A stretch of DNA of 64,000 bases, from contig CAWEWF010000008.1 of NCBI GenBank assembly GCA_963812605.1, forward strand, positions 1 through 64,000, written 5' to 3'. This DNA is from an uncultured Verrucomicrobiae bacterium. Its GTDB lineage: Bacteria > Verrucomicrobiota > Verrucomicrobiia > Palsa-1439. Of this stretch, positions 12,894 to 24,194 are shown piece by piece. Under the pieces are notes generated by a model. It did no database searches. It was not told the DNA's origin and saw only the letters and a program-made list of their open reading frames with translations. Numbering within the stretch: position 1 is the first letter of the stretch; each line of letters opens with the position of its first letter. Made by a program: the position numbers and the translations under genes.

Positions 12894-15197
12894 CTAGCTT
12901 TTCAAACTTGACCAGCCGTCGGAGCTTCGTCGTCCCTCAATAACTCGACCGACAGGACAATGCTCGGTGATGGAGTAAACCAAACCGGCCTGATGCACAC
13001 GCAAGCCGAGAAGAGTACGTACTTCGCAACAGATAGCGAGGTGGTTTCCATTTGGAGACAGAACTGCGGCTTCCACGCGACAACGCCCCGTCTTGAGGGT
13101 CAGCGCGACTTGTGTTGCAACGGCTTCCCATAATTGAGACTCATCGGCGCTTCTTCTAACGCCGATAAGTAAGTCGGTGAGCGCCCGGATGCAGGTGCCA
13201 TTGGACGTGGCAAATTCGACGTGGATGGACAGGCCTGTCAGTTCCCCGTTCTGCTCAAAGCGGATGTATTCGCGGCCGCCGTTTTCTTCCACAAGATATG
13301 TACCAAATGACTGCGGCGTAATCCGCGCGCCGAAACTTTTAAGCGCGTTGAGAACAAATTCGGCAGAATCCATACGGTGGATGATGACTGGCAGGGTCGG
13401 AGCGCGAGGCCCGATATATTCGGCACCATCCATACCGCCCAGCATAGTATTGATGTTCTTTTCCTCGATCTCTAGTGTGCTCTTTGCCTTGGCAATGCTT
13501 AGCTCTGCTTGTCGGGTTTTTGCCTCTACGTCTATGCCCGCAAGGGCGGCGATAACCAACTCGCGGATTCTCTCATCAAAGCTTGTTTCCCCGTTCTCCT
13601 CTTCGTCCCCAATTCCAGACGCCCCAAGAAGCGCTTCGATATCACCGATCGCGTGAGATGCCATCTGAAGTTTTTCCATCAAGCGTCCAACGATGTATTC
13701 TTCAAAAGTCCCACGTAGCATAATGTTAAAGATGGCGACACTTTTGTGCTCGCCTCCTAAGCGTTGCACGCGGCCGATGCGCTGCTCAACGATCATCGGG
13801 TTCCAGGGGAGATCGTAGTTAACCAGTACATTCGCGACCTGAAGGTTCACACCTTCGGATCCGGCTTCTGTAGAAACTATGACATGGCACTCCGGTGGAT
13901 CGCTTCGGAAGCGAGCAAGGGTGTCTTGATTGCGCTGGCCAGAACTTCCGTTGATTATTCCGACTTTGAGGCCCTTGCTCTCCAAGAACAATTGGATAGT
14001 GGTTTGGGTCTCCACACGTATGGTGAATACAACCAACCGCCAGCGCTCAGAGTTTTCCCGTTTTAGCTTGTCGATCAGGGCACCAAGTCCACCCAATTTC
14101 GCACTAGTGGACATTCCGGTTACAATGGTGCGAACAGTTGAAGCTAATTCCTGAGGAACGGTGCCGTTCCTTGCCATGTTGTTCAACTGCGCCATTAGAG
14201 CTTGAGGACTACTCGTCAAAGCTTGCAGGATTGAAATCTGTGACAATCGGTTCAGCTGTTGGATCGGCTTGGCGATAGCTTTGATGAGTTGCAGCTCCGC
14301 CGTAGTCGGTTCGACCTTGTGCATTTGCACAACACGATCGGGAAAATACAGCTTGGCATCACCTCGCCGAACTCGCGACATATAGCCATAGACAATCGAC
14401 CGGAACTCGTCTTGGGCCTCACCTTTCAAATGGCGAGCCTGGTCCCGACCGTCGGCGATGAACTTCCGGGCAAACACGCCCTCGCTGCCAAATGGATTTT
14501 GGTGCCCACGCGCGATGGTCAGCAAATCAACTAACGAATACAGATCCCACAAACGGTTTTGTATCGGTGTCGCCGTCAACATGAGGACGAAGCGAAATCG
14601 GCGGTCTTCCAGTGCCTTGCGAAAGCGCGTTGCAACCTGCGGTGGTTTTTCAGTGCCATAGAGGTTTCGAAGTTTGTGCGCCTCATCTAATACCAACATT
14701 TGGAAACGATCCTGCGGGATTGAATCGAGATATAACCGAGCGGACTGATAGGTTGTAATGAGGGCTCCGGGTTCCTCAGGATCAGCCGTAGTCAGATCTC
14801 TGCCGGTCGCAATCACAGACGGGATATTAAATTTGCTGAGAAGTTCTTCCTGCCACTGGGGGCCCAGCAGCTTGGGACACACGATAAGAGTTTTCTGAAG
14901 TCGTGACCGGGAGATTAACTCACTCATGATGAGTCCGGCACTGATTGTCTTACCGAGACCAACATCGTCAGCGAGTAACGTCACCGGCAGACGACGGCAG
15001 AAAGTAATGAGATTTGTAACTTGGTGGTGATAAGGCTCGACTCGATCGTGCCAGCGATTTTTTGATTTTAGATCATCGCGGGTCTCAATAACGATTGGGT
15101 CGGTCAAGTCCCATTCGAGACCCGCCCGATAGACGCGGTACTCCTCTGGCATGGTCTTGGGGCGAAGTATCTTTGTTTGAAATTGCGAAGAGGACAC
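12894..15197 (-). CDS. SNF2/RapA-like SF2 helicase; C-terminus probably truncated or fused after ~13230
   Basis: LLADDVGLGKT, LDEAHKLRN, LTATPIQN, STEAGSEGVNLQ, YDLPWNPMIVEQRIGRVQR; visibly more AT-rich than its flanks. Confidence 0.85.
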   Translation of the reverse strand: MSSSQFQTKILRPKTMPEEYRVYRAGLEWDLTDPIVIETRDDLKSKNRWHDRVEPYHHQVTNLITFCRRLPVTLLADDVGLGKTISAGLIMSELISRSRLQKTLIVCPKLLGPQWQEELLSKFNIPSVIATGRDLTTADPEEPGALITTYQSARLYLDSIPQDRFQMLVLDEAHKLRNLYGTEKPPQVATRFRKALEDRRFRFVLMLTATPIQNRLWDLYSLVDLLTIARGHQNPFGSEGVFARKFIADGRDQARHLKGEAQDEFRSIVYGYMSRVRRGDAKLYFPDRVVQMHKVEPTTAELQLIKAIAKPIQQLNRLSQISILQALTSSPQALMAQLNNMARNGTVPQELASTVRTIVTGMSTSAKLGGLGALIDKLKRENSERWRLVVFTIRVETQTTIQLFLESKGLKVGIINGSSGQRNQDTLARFRSDPPECHVIVSTEAGSEGVNLQVANVLVNYDLPWNPMIVEQRIGRVQRLGGEHKSVAIFNIMLRGTFEEYIVGRLMEKLQMASHAIGDIEALLGASGIGDEEENGETSFDERIRELVIAALAGIDVEAKTRQAELSIAKAKSTLEIEEKNINTMLGGMDGAEYIGPRAPTLPVIIHRMDSAEFVLNALKSFGARITPQSFGTYLVEENGGREYIRFEQNGELTGLSIHVEFATSNGTCIRALTDLLIGVRRSADESQLWEAVATQVALTLKTGRCRVEAAVLSPNGNHLAICCEVRTLLGLRVHQAGLVYSITEHCPVGRVIEGRRSSDGWSSLKS

Positions 15198-15444
15198 GGG
15201 TGCGCCTAGCCTTATCTCACTCTTGAGATGTTTCGACTTTTCAGTCGCTGCGTCAATCTTCTTTTTTCACAGCGAGTTGCCTTATCGGACCCGGTTTCCA
15301 CGCCACATGCGGTTGATAGGGAAACCTGTACTCGATTTACGTGGATGGTTGGGTAAAACAACCGACGCACAACACGCGTTCGTAGACAGTTGCTACGCGG
15401 GCAGGGGAGACAAACGACTATATATCGTAAATTGATAATTTTGC

Positions 15445-15842
15445 TGGACACGGTGTTACGGGATGGGTATGGTCGAGGCGTGAATTATGGACGGACAGGA
15501 CGGTACGAAACCCCGCGGGCTTCGTACCCTACAATTCGGAGGGGAGTGCGCGATCGGGCCCCGAAAGGGTTCGGGGTAAAAGTCCGTCGCACAACGGCCG
15601 GGCAGGCGCGGACGGCTGGGCCAGCGTTTGCGACCTCGACACTACATGGTCGCGTCTCCACTTCGTTACGGCTCTACCAACGATTGGCAATGGCGAAACT
15701 ACGGCCAGCGGGGGGAGATGGGACTCGAAAAACATGCTTTCTGCGAAACGAACCGGATTGGTTTTCGTGAGAATTTCGCTAGAAGCGCCAGCGTATGAGA
15801 TAGTTAAGGTGCATTACAGAAAACTGACAAATGGGTTCGTTT
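15445..15842 (+). other. Promoter-bearing intergenic element, copy A (candidate ncRNA or MITE-like)
   Basis: TGGACA-17-TATGGT, then GTGAATTATGGA (15480), cacaacggc (15590) and gatggga..aaaacatgctttctgcgaaacgaacc (to 15754), all shared with 29612-30002 on the minus strand; inverted GGGTTCGTTT at 15833-15842. Confidence 0.55.
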
Positions 15843-15884
15843 AGTGCCTTTAAGGAAGCGGGCGGGACGCCCACCCCACTATCA

Positions 15885-17302
15885 TTAGTGCGCGCCGAGG
15901 CCGGTGAGGACGACGGGGACGGTGCGGGCGAGAATTTTGAGGTCGAGCCAGAGGGACCAGTTGTCGATATATTGGAGGTCGAGTTTCATCCATTGGTCGA
16001 AACCGATCTGGTTGCGGCCGCTGATCTGCCAGATGCAGGTGAGGCCAGGCTTCATGGAGAGCCGACGGCGATGCCACGGGTCGTAGTGCTGCACTTCGCT
16101 GGGGATGGGCGGGCGCGGTCCGACGAGGCTCATGTTGCCAACGAGAACATTCCAGAGTTGGGGAAACTCATCGATGCTGGTGCGGCGCAGGAAATGGCCG
16201 ATCGGGGTGACGCGCGGGTCGTCCTTCATTTTGAAGACGGGGCCGGTCATTTCGTTGTAGGCGGCGAGCTCCGCTTGCAACATTTCGGCGTTGGTGACCA
16301 TCGAGCGGAACTTGTACATCGTGAAGAGGCGTCCGTGCAGGCCGCTGCGTTTCTGTCCAAAAAGGATGGGGCCGGGCGAGGTGAGCTTGATGATGATGGC
16401 GGCGGGCAGCAGGACCAGCGGCCCGAGGATCAACAGCCCGACGGTCGCGCCGACAATGTCGATCAGCCGTTTGCAGACGAGCTGCCAGGAAATCTCCGGG
16501 GTGGTGCTGAAAATCAGCAGCGGTTTCCCGTAAAAATCGTCCACGGTGGCGCGGGCGATGGAGGTCTTCACGAAGTCGGCGACCAGCCAGGCCTCGACGC
16601 CTTCCAGTTCGCAAGCCAGGATCGCTTTCTCGATCTCGCTGAAGGAGGTCTGGCTGACATTGAAGATCACGCAGCCAACGGGATGGCAGTGCAACATCGC
16701 GGGAAGCTGGTCAACGAGGTTGTCGCTGGGGTCGAGCCGGGCGGTGACGCGCAGGCTCCATTCGGGATGTTCCTCCAGCAAGCCGGCGAACTCGGCGTTC
16801 CGCTCTTCCGATCCCACCAGGATGACTTCCGTGAGGTCCTTTCCGCGGCGGGCGCGCTGGTGCATGTAGACCTGAAACAGCCGTCCTTGGCGAAAAGCGC
16901 GACGATGCTGAACAGCGCGAAGAACACAATGACCTCGCGACTGAGCATGGTCAGCCGGAAAAAGAACATCGCGGCCATGACCGCCAGCGTGCAGATGGCG
17001 CAGCTTTTGACGAGAATCCAGACCGTGTTGCGGCGGCGCAGGGTGTGGGCGCGGCTGTAGAAGCCATTCAGATCGAGCAAAAACGGGTAGAGCGGCAGGA
17101 TGACCAGGTAGAGATATTTGTAATAGCGAAACGAGGTGATCATCCCGAATTGGGTCGCGAACCCGTGGAAGGAAAGGGGGAATGGAAACAGATACGCGAG
17201 CTCCTCGCGCATCGCGTGGGCCAGCCGAAAGACCACGGCGATCAGCAGCGCGTCGCTGATCTGGTTGACCTGGACAATAAATTCTCTTCGTCTACTCGCC
17301 AT
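15885..17302 (-). CDS. Polyprenyl-phosphate sugar phosphotransferase (WcaJ/EpsB-type priming glycosyltransferase), frameshift near 16880
   Basis: N-terminal TM helices; [68 protein letters not shown]. Confidence 0.92.
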
Positions 17303-17376
17303 TGAAACATCCAAGCGCTCCCGGGGAGCGAGTTCATGTACACTGCAAAAACGCGGCGGTTCACCGCCGATTACCG

Positions 17377-18158
17377 TTAGTTCGCGACGAGGGTGGGATA
17401 GATATCCTGCACAAACCCGGCCACGAGCTTCATCGTTTGCTCTTCGGATTTGCCCTTGCCGTCGGTCTCACTCTGCGTCACGGGTATATGGATCAAAATG
17501 TAGGCCCAGCGGTGATTGGTGTTGTGCAACACGCGGTCCTTGGCCGTCCAATAGATGCGCTGCCAGTGGTACGGCGTCACCCGGTCCTTGCCCACGAACC
17601 AGTAGAGGAAGATCGAGTGCGTCTTCGCAGTGTGTCCATCGGACAAGGGCACGTCCCGCGTGGCATTCAATCGCGACACGGCGAGCACGCCGCCCTTCGC
17701 GGCCGGGTGGAAATGTCTTCGACCTGCAGTTTCCCGAGTCGCCAACCCTGGCCCGTCAGGCAGAGTTCGGGGCGGTGAATGCTGGTCACATCCCGCCCGG
17801 CCAGCACAATCGAACAAAACAACTCGTCGCCATCCTTGTCCTTGAACAAACGCCGCGACCCCATGGTGTCTTCCGGGAGGATTTTTTTCTCTTCCTCCGT
17901 CAAACCGCTCAACTCCCCGCCGGTCCAGTTGCCGGCCTTGTCGGTCAAAAATGGTTGTCCGCTTTCACTCAACTTTACGCCGGGCTCGGAAACTTTCGTC
18001 ACATCGGAGGTCATCGCCGTGAACAACACGCCGCCGCCGAGGATCGCCACGACGATGGCGATTTGCCGGGTGCTCGGCCCCCGGTGTGTTGTCACCGCGG
18101 AGCGCGCGGACGGTGGTTCGGCCGCGGTTGGAGTCGCGTTTACGCCGGATTCGTTCAT
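17377..18158 (-). CDS. epsI: Exosortase-associated EpsI family protein, frameshift near 17705
   Basis: TM anchor, EEEKKILPEDT, SIHRPELCLTGQGW, IFLYWFVG, RWAYI; directly downstream of an exosortase. Confidence 0.85.
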
Positions 18159-18180
18159 GCCATTCCTTCCCTCATGTCAG

Positions 18181-19320
18181 TCAAAGCGGTTCGTCATTAT
18201 GCGGGCCGTCGTTCGGCGGTGGCGGCGGCGGCTTCAGCCAATTCTCGAAATAGCGGCGGAACGAGAAATTCAACAGGAGCCCGATAATGACCATCGTCGA
18301 CAGCGCCACGGGAAAAACGATGAAGCCTGAATATTCATGATACGCTTTGGCGGCAATTTCCTGGCCGTAGACTTCCGCTACCAGGGCGATGGAAGTCACG
18401 CGCACGATGTTGCCCAGCACGGCCAGCGGCATCGCGCTCAGGAACAACACCCACCGTTTCCATTGCACATGCTGCGTCACGTAGGCGTAGGCGGCAGTCA
18501 CGGTGGTCAGCGCCATGAGCGACCGGATCCCGCTGCACGGCGCGGCCACATCGAAATGGAACACCCGGGAATAAATCCCCGTCCCGATCCGCGTCGTCTC
18601 GATCCCCAGCAGGTTCAGGATGGTGGTCGACGATCGGGCCATCAATAATTGCAGCGGAAAACCGACTCGCTCATCCAAAAAATTCAGTGGAATCATCAAC
18701 AGAAGAAAAGTGATGGGAAAGAAAAGCAGGCGGAAGACTCCGCGTCCGCCGAGCGCCAACGCCAAACCATGAAGCAGGATCACGAAGGAGAACACAACGA
18801 TGCGGGGTTGCATGGCTTTTACGCCGAAGTAATAGATCGCCATTGCCACAGCCACCAGGGCGACTCCCCGCGGATCGGAGTCATCCATGAATTCCCGGAT
18901 TCCGTCCCACAATGCCGCCACTTGCCAGAACAAGAGAAAGGGCGCCAGCCGAAGCGCGTAGGGCGCCAGCGAATCCGAGATCATGTCCGGAGCTACCAAA
19001 ACAACCATGGTGGCTCCCAGTGCGATCCAGTAGGGATTCCAATTTCGCTGCTCGTTGGCGGTGTTGCTGGAGAGATTCCACCAGAGGAGGAAAATCGCGA
19101 TGAGGGGAATCAGCGGCCCGTGCGAGTAATTGGAGACGTGACTCCAGTGGCTGGTGAGCCAGATGTAGCAATTCAACTGGGAAGCGTGCTCCGCCTCAAC
19201 AGTTTGCACAAAATAGGCGTAGTAGACCAAACCGGCCAGAACCACCCCAAGGGCAACCTTCACCCAGTCGACAGTACTGGAGGGAAGTCTGACCGCCGCA
19301 ATCGAAGTCCCGTTACTCAT
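18181..19320 (-). CDS. Exosortase (EpsH-type transpeptidase)
   Basis: YSHGPLIP, LLLMIP, VAAPCSGIRSL (Cys), GNIVRV (Arg), YHEYSG (His); multiple TM helices. Confidence 0.92.
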   Translation of the reverse strand: MSNGTSIAAVRLPSSTVDWVKVALGVVLAGLVYYAYFVQTVEAEHASQLNCYIWLTSHWSHVSNYSHGPLIPLIAIFLLWWNLSSNTANEQRNWNPYWIALGATMVVLVAPDMISDSLAPYALRLAPFLLFWQVAALWDGIREFMDDSDPRGVALVAVAMAIYYFGVKAMQPRIVVFSFVILLHGLALALGGRGVFRLLFFPITFLLLMIPLNFLDERVGFPLQLLMARSSTTILNLLGIETTRIGTGIYSRVFHFDVAAPCSGIRSLMALTTVTAAYAYVTQHVQWKRWVLFLSAMPLAVLGNIVRVTSIALVAEVYGQEIAAKAYHEYSGFIVFPVALSTMVIIGLLLNFSFRRYFENWLKPPPPPPNDGPHNDEPL

Positions 19321-19436
19321 TCAGATCTGATATTTGAGGGCAAACTCGTGAAAATCCCCAGCAGTTTAAGGCCACCCAGCATCCTTGTCAAACCCGCCCG
19401 CTTGCTGTCCCGCGGGCTCTCGGCTACCATCCCGCA

Positions 19437-20954
19437 ATGAAACGGCTCATCCTTTTCGTGCTCGTCCTCGCCTTGGCAAGCTGCCAGCGCTCCCGCCAAC
19501 CCGAACCAGCCACCCTGACGTTTGCCCGCGGGGCGGATTCGCAGAAGCTCGACCCCGCCGACGTGGACGACGGCGAATCGATGAAGGTCCTCGTCAATGT
19601 CACCCAGGGTTTGGTGCGCTTCAAACACGGCACCACGGAGCCCGAACCCTGCCTGGCGACTTCCTGGACCATCAGTCCCGACGGTCTCACCTACACCTTC
19701 CAACTCCGCCCGGGCGTTAGCTTTCATGATGGCACACCGCTCGACGCGCAGGCCGCCGCATTCAGTTTTCTCCGGCAAATGGACAAGTCCCACCCGGCGC
19801 ATCTGCGGGATGCCACGTTCGCGTACTGGTCGGCCATGTTCAACATGATCACCGCGGTCGAGGTCGTCGACCCGATGACCCTGCGACTGCGACTGCGCGA
19901 GCCGAATGCGCCGCTGCTCGCCAGCCTTTGTATCCCGGCCGCGCACCTGATTAGTCCGAAGTTCATTGATCAGCGTCATCCTGTCGGCACCGGTCCGTTC
20001 CGCTTTGTGGATTGGACACCCAACGAGCGCATTGTGCTGGAAGCCAATCCCGATTACTGGGAAGGCCAGCCCAAAGTCCAGCGCGTCATCTTCAAGGTCG
20101 TTCCCGACTCCGCCACCCGCTTGATCCAGCTTCAAACGGGCCAAATCCAGGCAATGGACGGCATCGATCCGAACGATCTGCCCATCATCAAGCGCGACAA
20201 ATCACTGCAGTTGATCACGGCGCTGGGATTGAATGTTTGCTACCTCGCCTTCAATTGCCAAAAGCCGCCACTCGACAACAAAGTCCTGCGCCGTGCCATC
20301 GCCGCCGCCATCAACAAGAAGGACATCATCGATAACGTCTATCGCGGCGCGGCCATCGTTGCGCGGAATCCTCTGCCACCGTTCGTCGCCGGCCACAACG
20401 ACGCGATCCCGGAACAGCTCTATGAAACGGTTCAGCCCTGGCCCGCCCTGCAGCATCCGTTGCGGCTTGAAGTGATGACGAATCCGCGACCGTACTTGCC
20501 CAATCCGCTGCGCGCCGCGGAGATGATCAAGTCCGACCTGGCAAAGATCCAGGTCCCCGTCGAAATTGTCCCGAATGAATGGGGTGCGCACCTTAGCCGC
20601 ACCGAGCACGGCGACCACGAATTGGCGTTGATGGGCTGGGTGGGCGACAACGGTGATGCCGACAATTTTCTCTACGTGCTCCTCGACAAAGATACCGCCA
20701 CGCTCGGTTCCGCGCTTAATATCTGTTTCTGGATGAATGATTCCTACCACGATCTCATGATCGCCGCGCGCCGTGAACTCGATCCCGCGAAACGCGCCGC
20801 GCTCTATCACAAATCGCAGGAGATCATCTTCGAGGAAGCACCCATGGTTCCGCTCGCGCACGCCGAGTCGCTGCTGGCTTGCCGCGCGAACACCAATGGC
20901 ATCCTCTTCGAGCCCAACGGCGATATCCTCTTCTACAAAGCTACGGTGAATTGA
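19437..20954 (+). CDS. dppA: Peptide/nickel ABC transporter substrate-binding lipoprotein (SBP family 5)
   Basis: LASC lipobox, LATSWTISPDGLTYTFQLRPGVSFHDG, PVGTGPFRF, RPYLPNP, GWVGDNGDADNF. Confidence 0.88.
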   Translation: MKRLILFVLVLALASCQRSRQPEPATLTFARGADSQKLDPADVDDGESMKVLVNVTQGLVRFKHGTTEPEPCLATSWTISPDGLTYTFQLRPGVSFHDGTPLDAQAAAFSFLRQMDKSHPAHLRDATFAYWSAMFNMITAVEVVDPMTLRLRLREPNAPLLASLCIPAAHLISPKFIDQRHPVGTGPFRFVDWTPNERIVLEANPDYWEGQPKVQRVIFKVVPDSATRLIQLQTGQIQAMDGIDPNDLPIIKRDKSLQLITALGLNVCYLAFNCQKPPLDNKVLRRAIAAAINKKDIIDNVYRGAAIVARNPLPPFVAGHNDAIPEQLYETVQPWPALQHPLRLEVMTNPRPYLPNPLRAAEMIKSDLAKIQVPVEIVPNEWGAHLSRTEHGDHELALMGWVGDNGDADNFLYVLLDKDTATLGSALNICFWMNDSYHDLMIAARRELDPAKRAALYHKSQEIIFEEAPMVPLAHAESLLACRANTNGILFEPNGDILFYKATVN

Positions 20955-22721
20955 GCACACGAAACACGATGAAGCGTCCGCTTTCCGTTATCCGCTGGAA
21001 ATGCCGGAGTTGCTCCGGGTGGTTCTCGAACAACACCACGGCGCAACGGACATCCAGCGGCCCCAGTTTGTTAGCCTTGTAGCGTCGCGAATCCTGTCCG
21101 TCATACGAGAACCCCGCATCATATATGAAGTAGTCGGCCTCGTACTTGCGCGCAAAGTCATAGAATTGCTCTTCACTCCCGTAAATCGCCGCCAGCATCT
21201 CGCGATAGCGTTCGCGGATCCGTTGATTCTCGAATTTCGAATGCATGATGATCGGCCGTCCTGTGTGCGCGAGGAACACGGGCGACTCCGAGATCGAGGC
21301 GAGCACAACGGCGTTCGTCGGCGTGTTTTCCTGCAGCCATTTCACGATCGGGCGATACTCGTTCGGCGCCGGCTGCTGCCGTTCCAGTGGCAGGAAATTC
21401 AGCATCGCCAATTGCCACACGGCGGCGACGAAAACCAGCCACTTTCCCCAGATGTACTGCGCCGCCAGTCCCGCCGCCACCACCGCGACCGCAAACCCCA
21501 GGAACGTGAAACAGCGCAATGCCATCCACGCCAGCGGCACGAGCAGCAGGGTAAACACGATGAAAATATTCGTGGCGCAAGGGACGCGCTTCCCGCTGGT
21601 TAACAAGAATGCCACCGACACCAGCGCCAAGGGCCCACAAAACAACAAGCTGCGCCAAAACTCATGCCACGGCGCGGTTTCAAAAGAGCCGCCTTCCCAC
21701 AACAACCGCGCTTCCCACGGCAGGTCCGCGGGATTGACCGGCTTCACACCCAGAAAGCGCAGCTTGTACACGAAGAGTTGGTACACGTGCGCGTACTCGC
21801 TGGAAGACTTCAGCACCAATGCGCTCAAGAGCAGCCAGCCCGTTGCCCAGCCCGCAAACACCAGCGTCGCCCGCTTGCGTCCGCCATTGATCCACACAGC
21901 CAGCGCCAACGCATAGAGCACGCACATCGTCGGCGACAGAAAAACATGTTTCGCCCGCAACACGGGAATCAACATCGTGCCCGCCGCCAGCATCAGGACG
22001 AACCACGGAAGCCGCGGCGTTTCCCCTTGCTGAGATACACGATGGTTGTGGCCAGCACCAGCGGCGCCATCACGAATTGCGTCAGGTGCCAACTCGCCAG
22101 CGCCGCGAGCCAGAACAGCGCGGCCAAAATCTGGTCGCGTATCCGCTGGTCCTGCAGCGCGCGCACGATGAAGTAGAGCCCGAAAATTATCAGGGGAATC
22201 GCGAAGTCTTCGCGCAGAAACAGGTTCTTCACCGTCCGCCCATAGCTCGGATACAACGCCGCGTAGAGCGCGCTGGCGAAGATCCCCGCCGCATTGCTGC
22301 GCCAGAGGGCCCGCGCGAGGAAGAAGACGCCGAACAAGGACAGGCTGGAAACAAGACAGTCGTACCAAACCACAAAAACATGAAACGGCGGCATTTGGAG
22401 GGCGAGGCTCCCGCCGAGCCGATACAACACGCCGACCGGCACTTCCATTGCCACGGTGAATTCGGCCCAGTCGTCCATCGTGTCCGGATACTGGACCGCG
22501 CGGTCGCGCGAAAGCTGGCCCCAGTCGCGAAGGGGATGTGACGCAAAGAATTTTGCGAACCGATACTGAAACGCGCCCTCGCTCCAGAGTTGCCCCACCT
22601 CATCCTGCGCATCCCAGGTCGGGTTGGAAAAAATCTTCGCCGTCTTCAGATGGACGTGAAACGCGTATAAAGCAGTGACTACCGCCAAACAAAACAAAAG
22701 TCGCCGCCACGAGTTCGTCAT
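20941..22721 (-). CDS. GT-C fold membrane glycosyltransferase resembling DPY19 C-mannosyltransferase, frameshift near 22025
   Basis: SEGAFQYRF..DRAVQYPDT..EVPVGVLYR, FLREDFAIP, SWHLTQF, and C-terminal KWLQENTPTNAVVLA..TGRPIIMHSKFENQRIRER; no WWDYG motif. Confidence 0.7.
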
Positions 22722-23009
22722 CACAGCGATTCTTAACCGCGACGCCCCCTGATTACAAACCCCTTGTGGGAGCATCGGTGAATCCACAAAGCGCAGCGGA
22801 CCTCTCTTTTCCTTTCCGGAACGTGGGAGCAACCTCCCGGTCGCGAATAAGCTGCCCCCCTCCTGAAGTTGTCACCCTGTCCATGCCAGTTGTGGCTCGA
22901 ACGTCGCTTGTATAATCCAAACAACGACCTTGCTCAGCCGCTCAACCCTCGGCATACTGGACGCATGCTATCCATACAGCACATCCGACTTCGATCTTGA
23001 TGGTGGTTT

Positions 23010-23514
23010 ATGTATATCCACTCCATTCTTCTCGAAAGCATAAAACCCTTCGAACGTATCGACCTCAATTTCCTACGACCCGGTCAACCTGACCACAATT
23101 ACGCAGGCTTGAACTTCTTTGTCGGGGGAAACTCTTCTGGCAAGTCCAGCATCCTGAAGTGCATGGCTATGGCATTGGCGGGTCCTACCGTGGCAAACCA
23201 ACAGCTTATCACGCCAGCCGGATGGATTCGGCGCGAAGCCACGAGAGGATTGATAGAATTGGAAGTCCATTGGGACCAAGCAAAGGATTCCTTTAAGATT
23301 AAAGGAGGAACGCCAGCAGCCGATGCTACCTTTAAGGCTGGACTCGTACGCGCTCATGCTCGATATAATTCATAACATGGCAATTGCGTACGGAGCTTCA
23401 AACCTGTTTTCCCGCGATGGAGATAACCGCATTGTTGTCAATCAGCCCGGTGTCATCCTGATTGATGAGCTGGAAGCACACTTGCATCCTAGTTGGCAGA
23501 GGACAATATTGTAG
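23010..23514 (+). pseudogene. AAA/ABC-type ATPase (PtuA-like) with an internal deletion and a 3' truncation
   Basis: Walker A GGNSSGKSS; jump at ~23340 to YALMLDII..GVILIDELEAHLHPSWQR (Walker B/D-loop), then a stop. Confidence 0.75.
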
Positions 23515-24049
23515 TTCGAATGAGCCTTCTCAACTCGAACACTTTCGCCCTCTTGCTTTCTTTCCGGAAAACGCTTTGGATTACGGCAATTATCTTTGGT
23601 CCTGCGACATCTGCAACAGAACGTACAAAGGCGAAAAATTTCCTCCGACCACTGAACCAGGGGCGCCCATTTTAAATCCACTGGACGATAACGTGTGGGA
23701 ATATTTTTTTGTCGATGACATTTTTGGTCGACTACTCATGCGTATCGACCTAACGACGAGTCAACCCCTGCCACGAGCGGTTAGTACATGCAACGTAGTC
23801 GGAATTGATCGGGAGAATGTTCAGACAAAGCGAATCCGCCGATTCAGTAATCTTCGCCGCAACGCACTCCGGGTTTTGGGTGAGCTGCAAGCTGGCACTT
23901 TGTCTACCGCGATTGTACAGACCGAAATTGCAGATTGGCGTTCGGAACCATTCCAAGCAGATGTCGCTGACTACTTTCTGAACGGTCCAGGCCGTTCCAA
24001 GGAGCCATTTCGAACGCTATTGTTGGCAGTTGGAGAAGCTGTAGCCTAA
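23507..24049 (+). pseudogene. HNH endonuclease (PtuB-like) lacking its N-terminus
   Basis: YCSSNEPSQLEHFRP..NYLWSCDICNRTYKGEKFP..ILNP; begins in mid zinc-knuckle without a start codon. Confidence 0.75.
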
Positions 24050-24194
24050 AACACTAACGCCTGATGCACGCAACGAAAGGGGGCGACAGGCGCGGTTTTG
24101 AGTTGGGTGTTTTCGGGCGCGGAGCCGTTCCCGAGCGGACGCCTCGACAGAGCGAGGCGGCTACACCAAGAAAGACCAACTGGGATTAGGTCTC

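Noticed and set aside
20941-22721. STT3/PglB oligosaccharyltransferase
   Set aside because: The WWDYG motif is absent at the expected position (VVLASISES)
23010-24049. Retron-associated Septu
   Set aside because: No reverse transcriptase or msr-msd-like inverted repeats nearby
24052-24108. Integron attC site after the HNH gene
   Set aside because: CACTAAC and GTTGGGT are only loosely complementary, there are no clear L boxes, and no integrase or further cassettes
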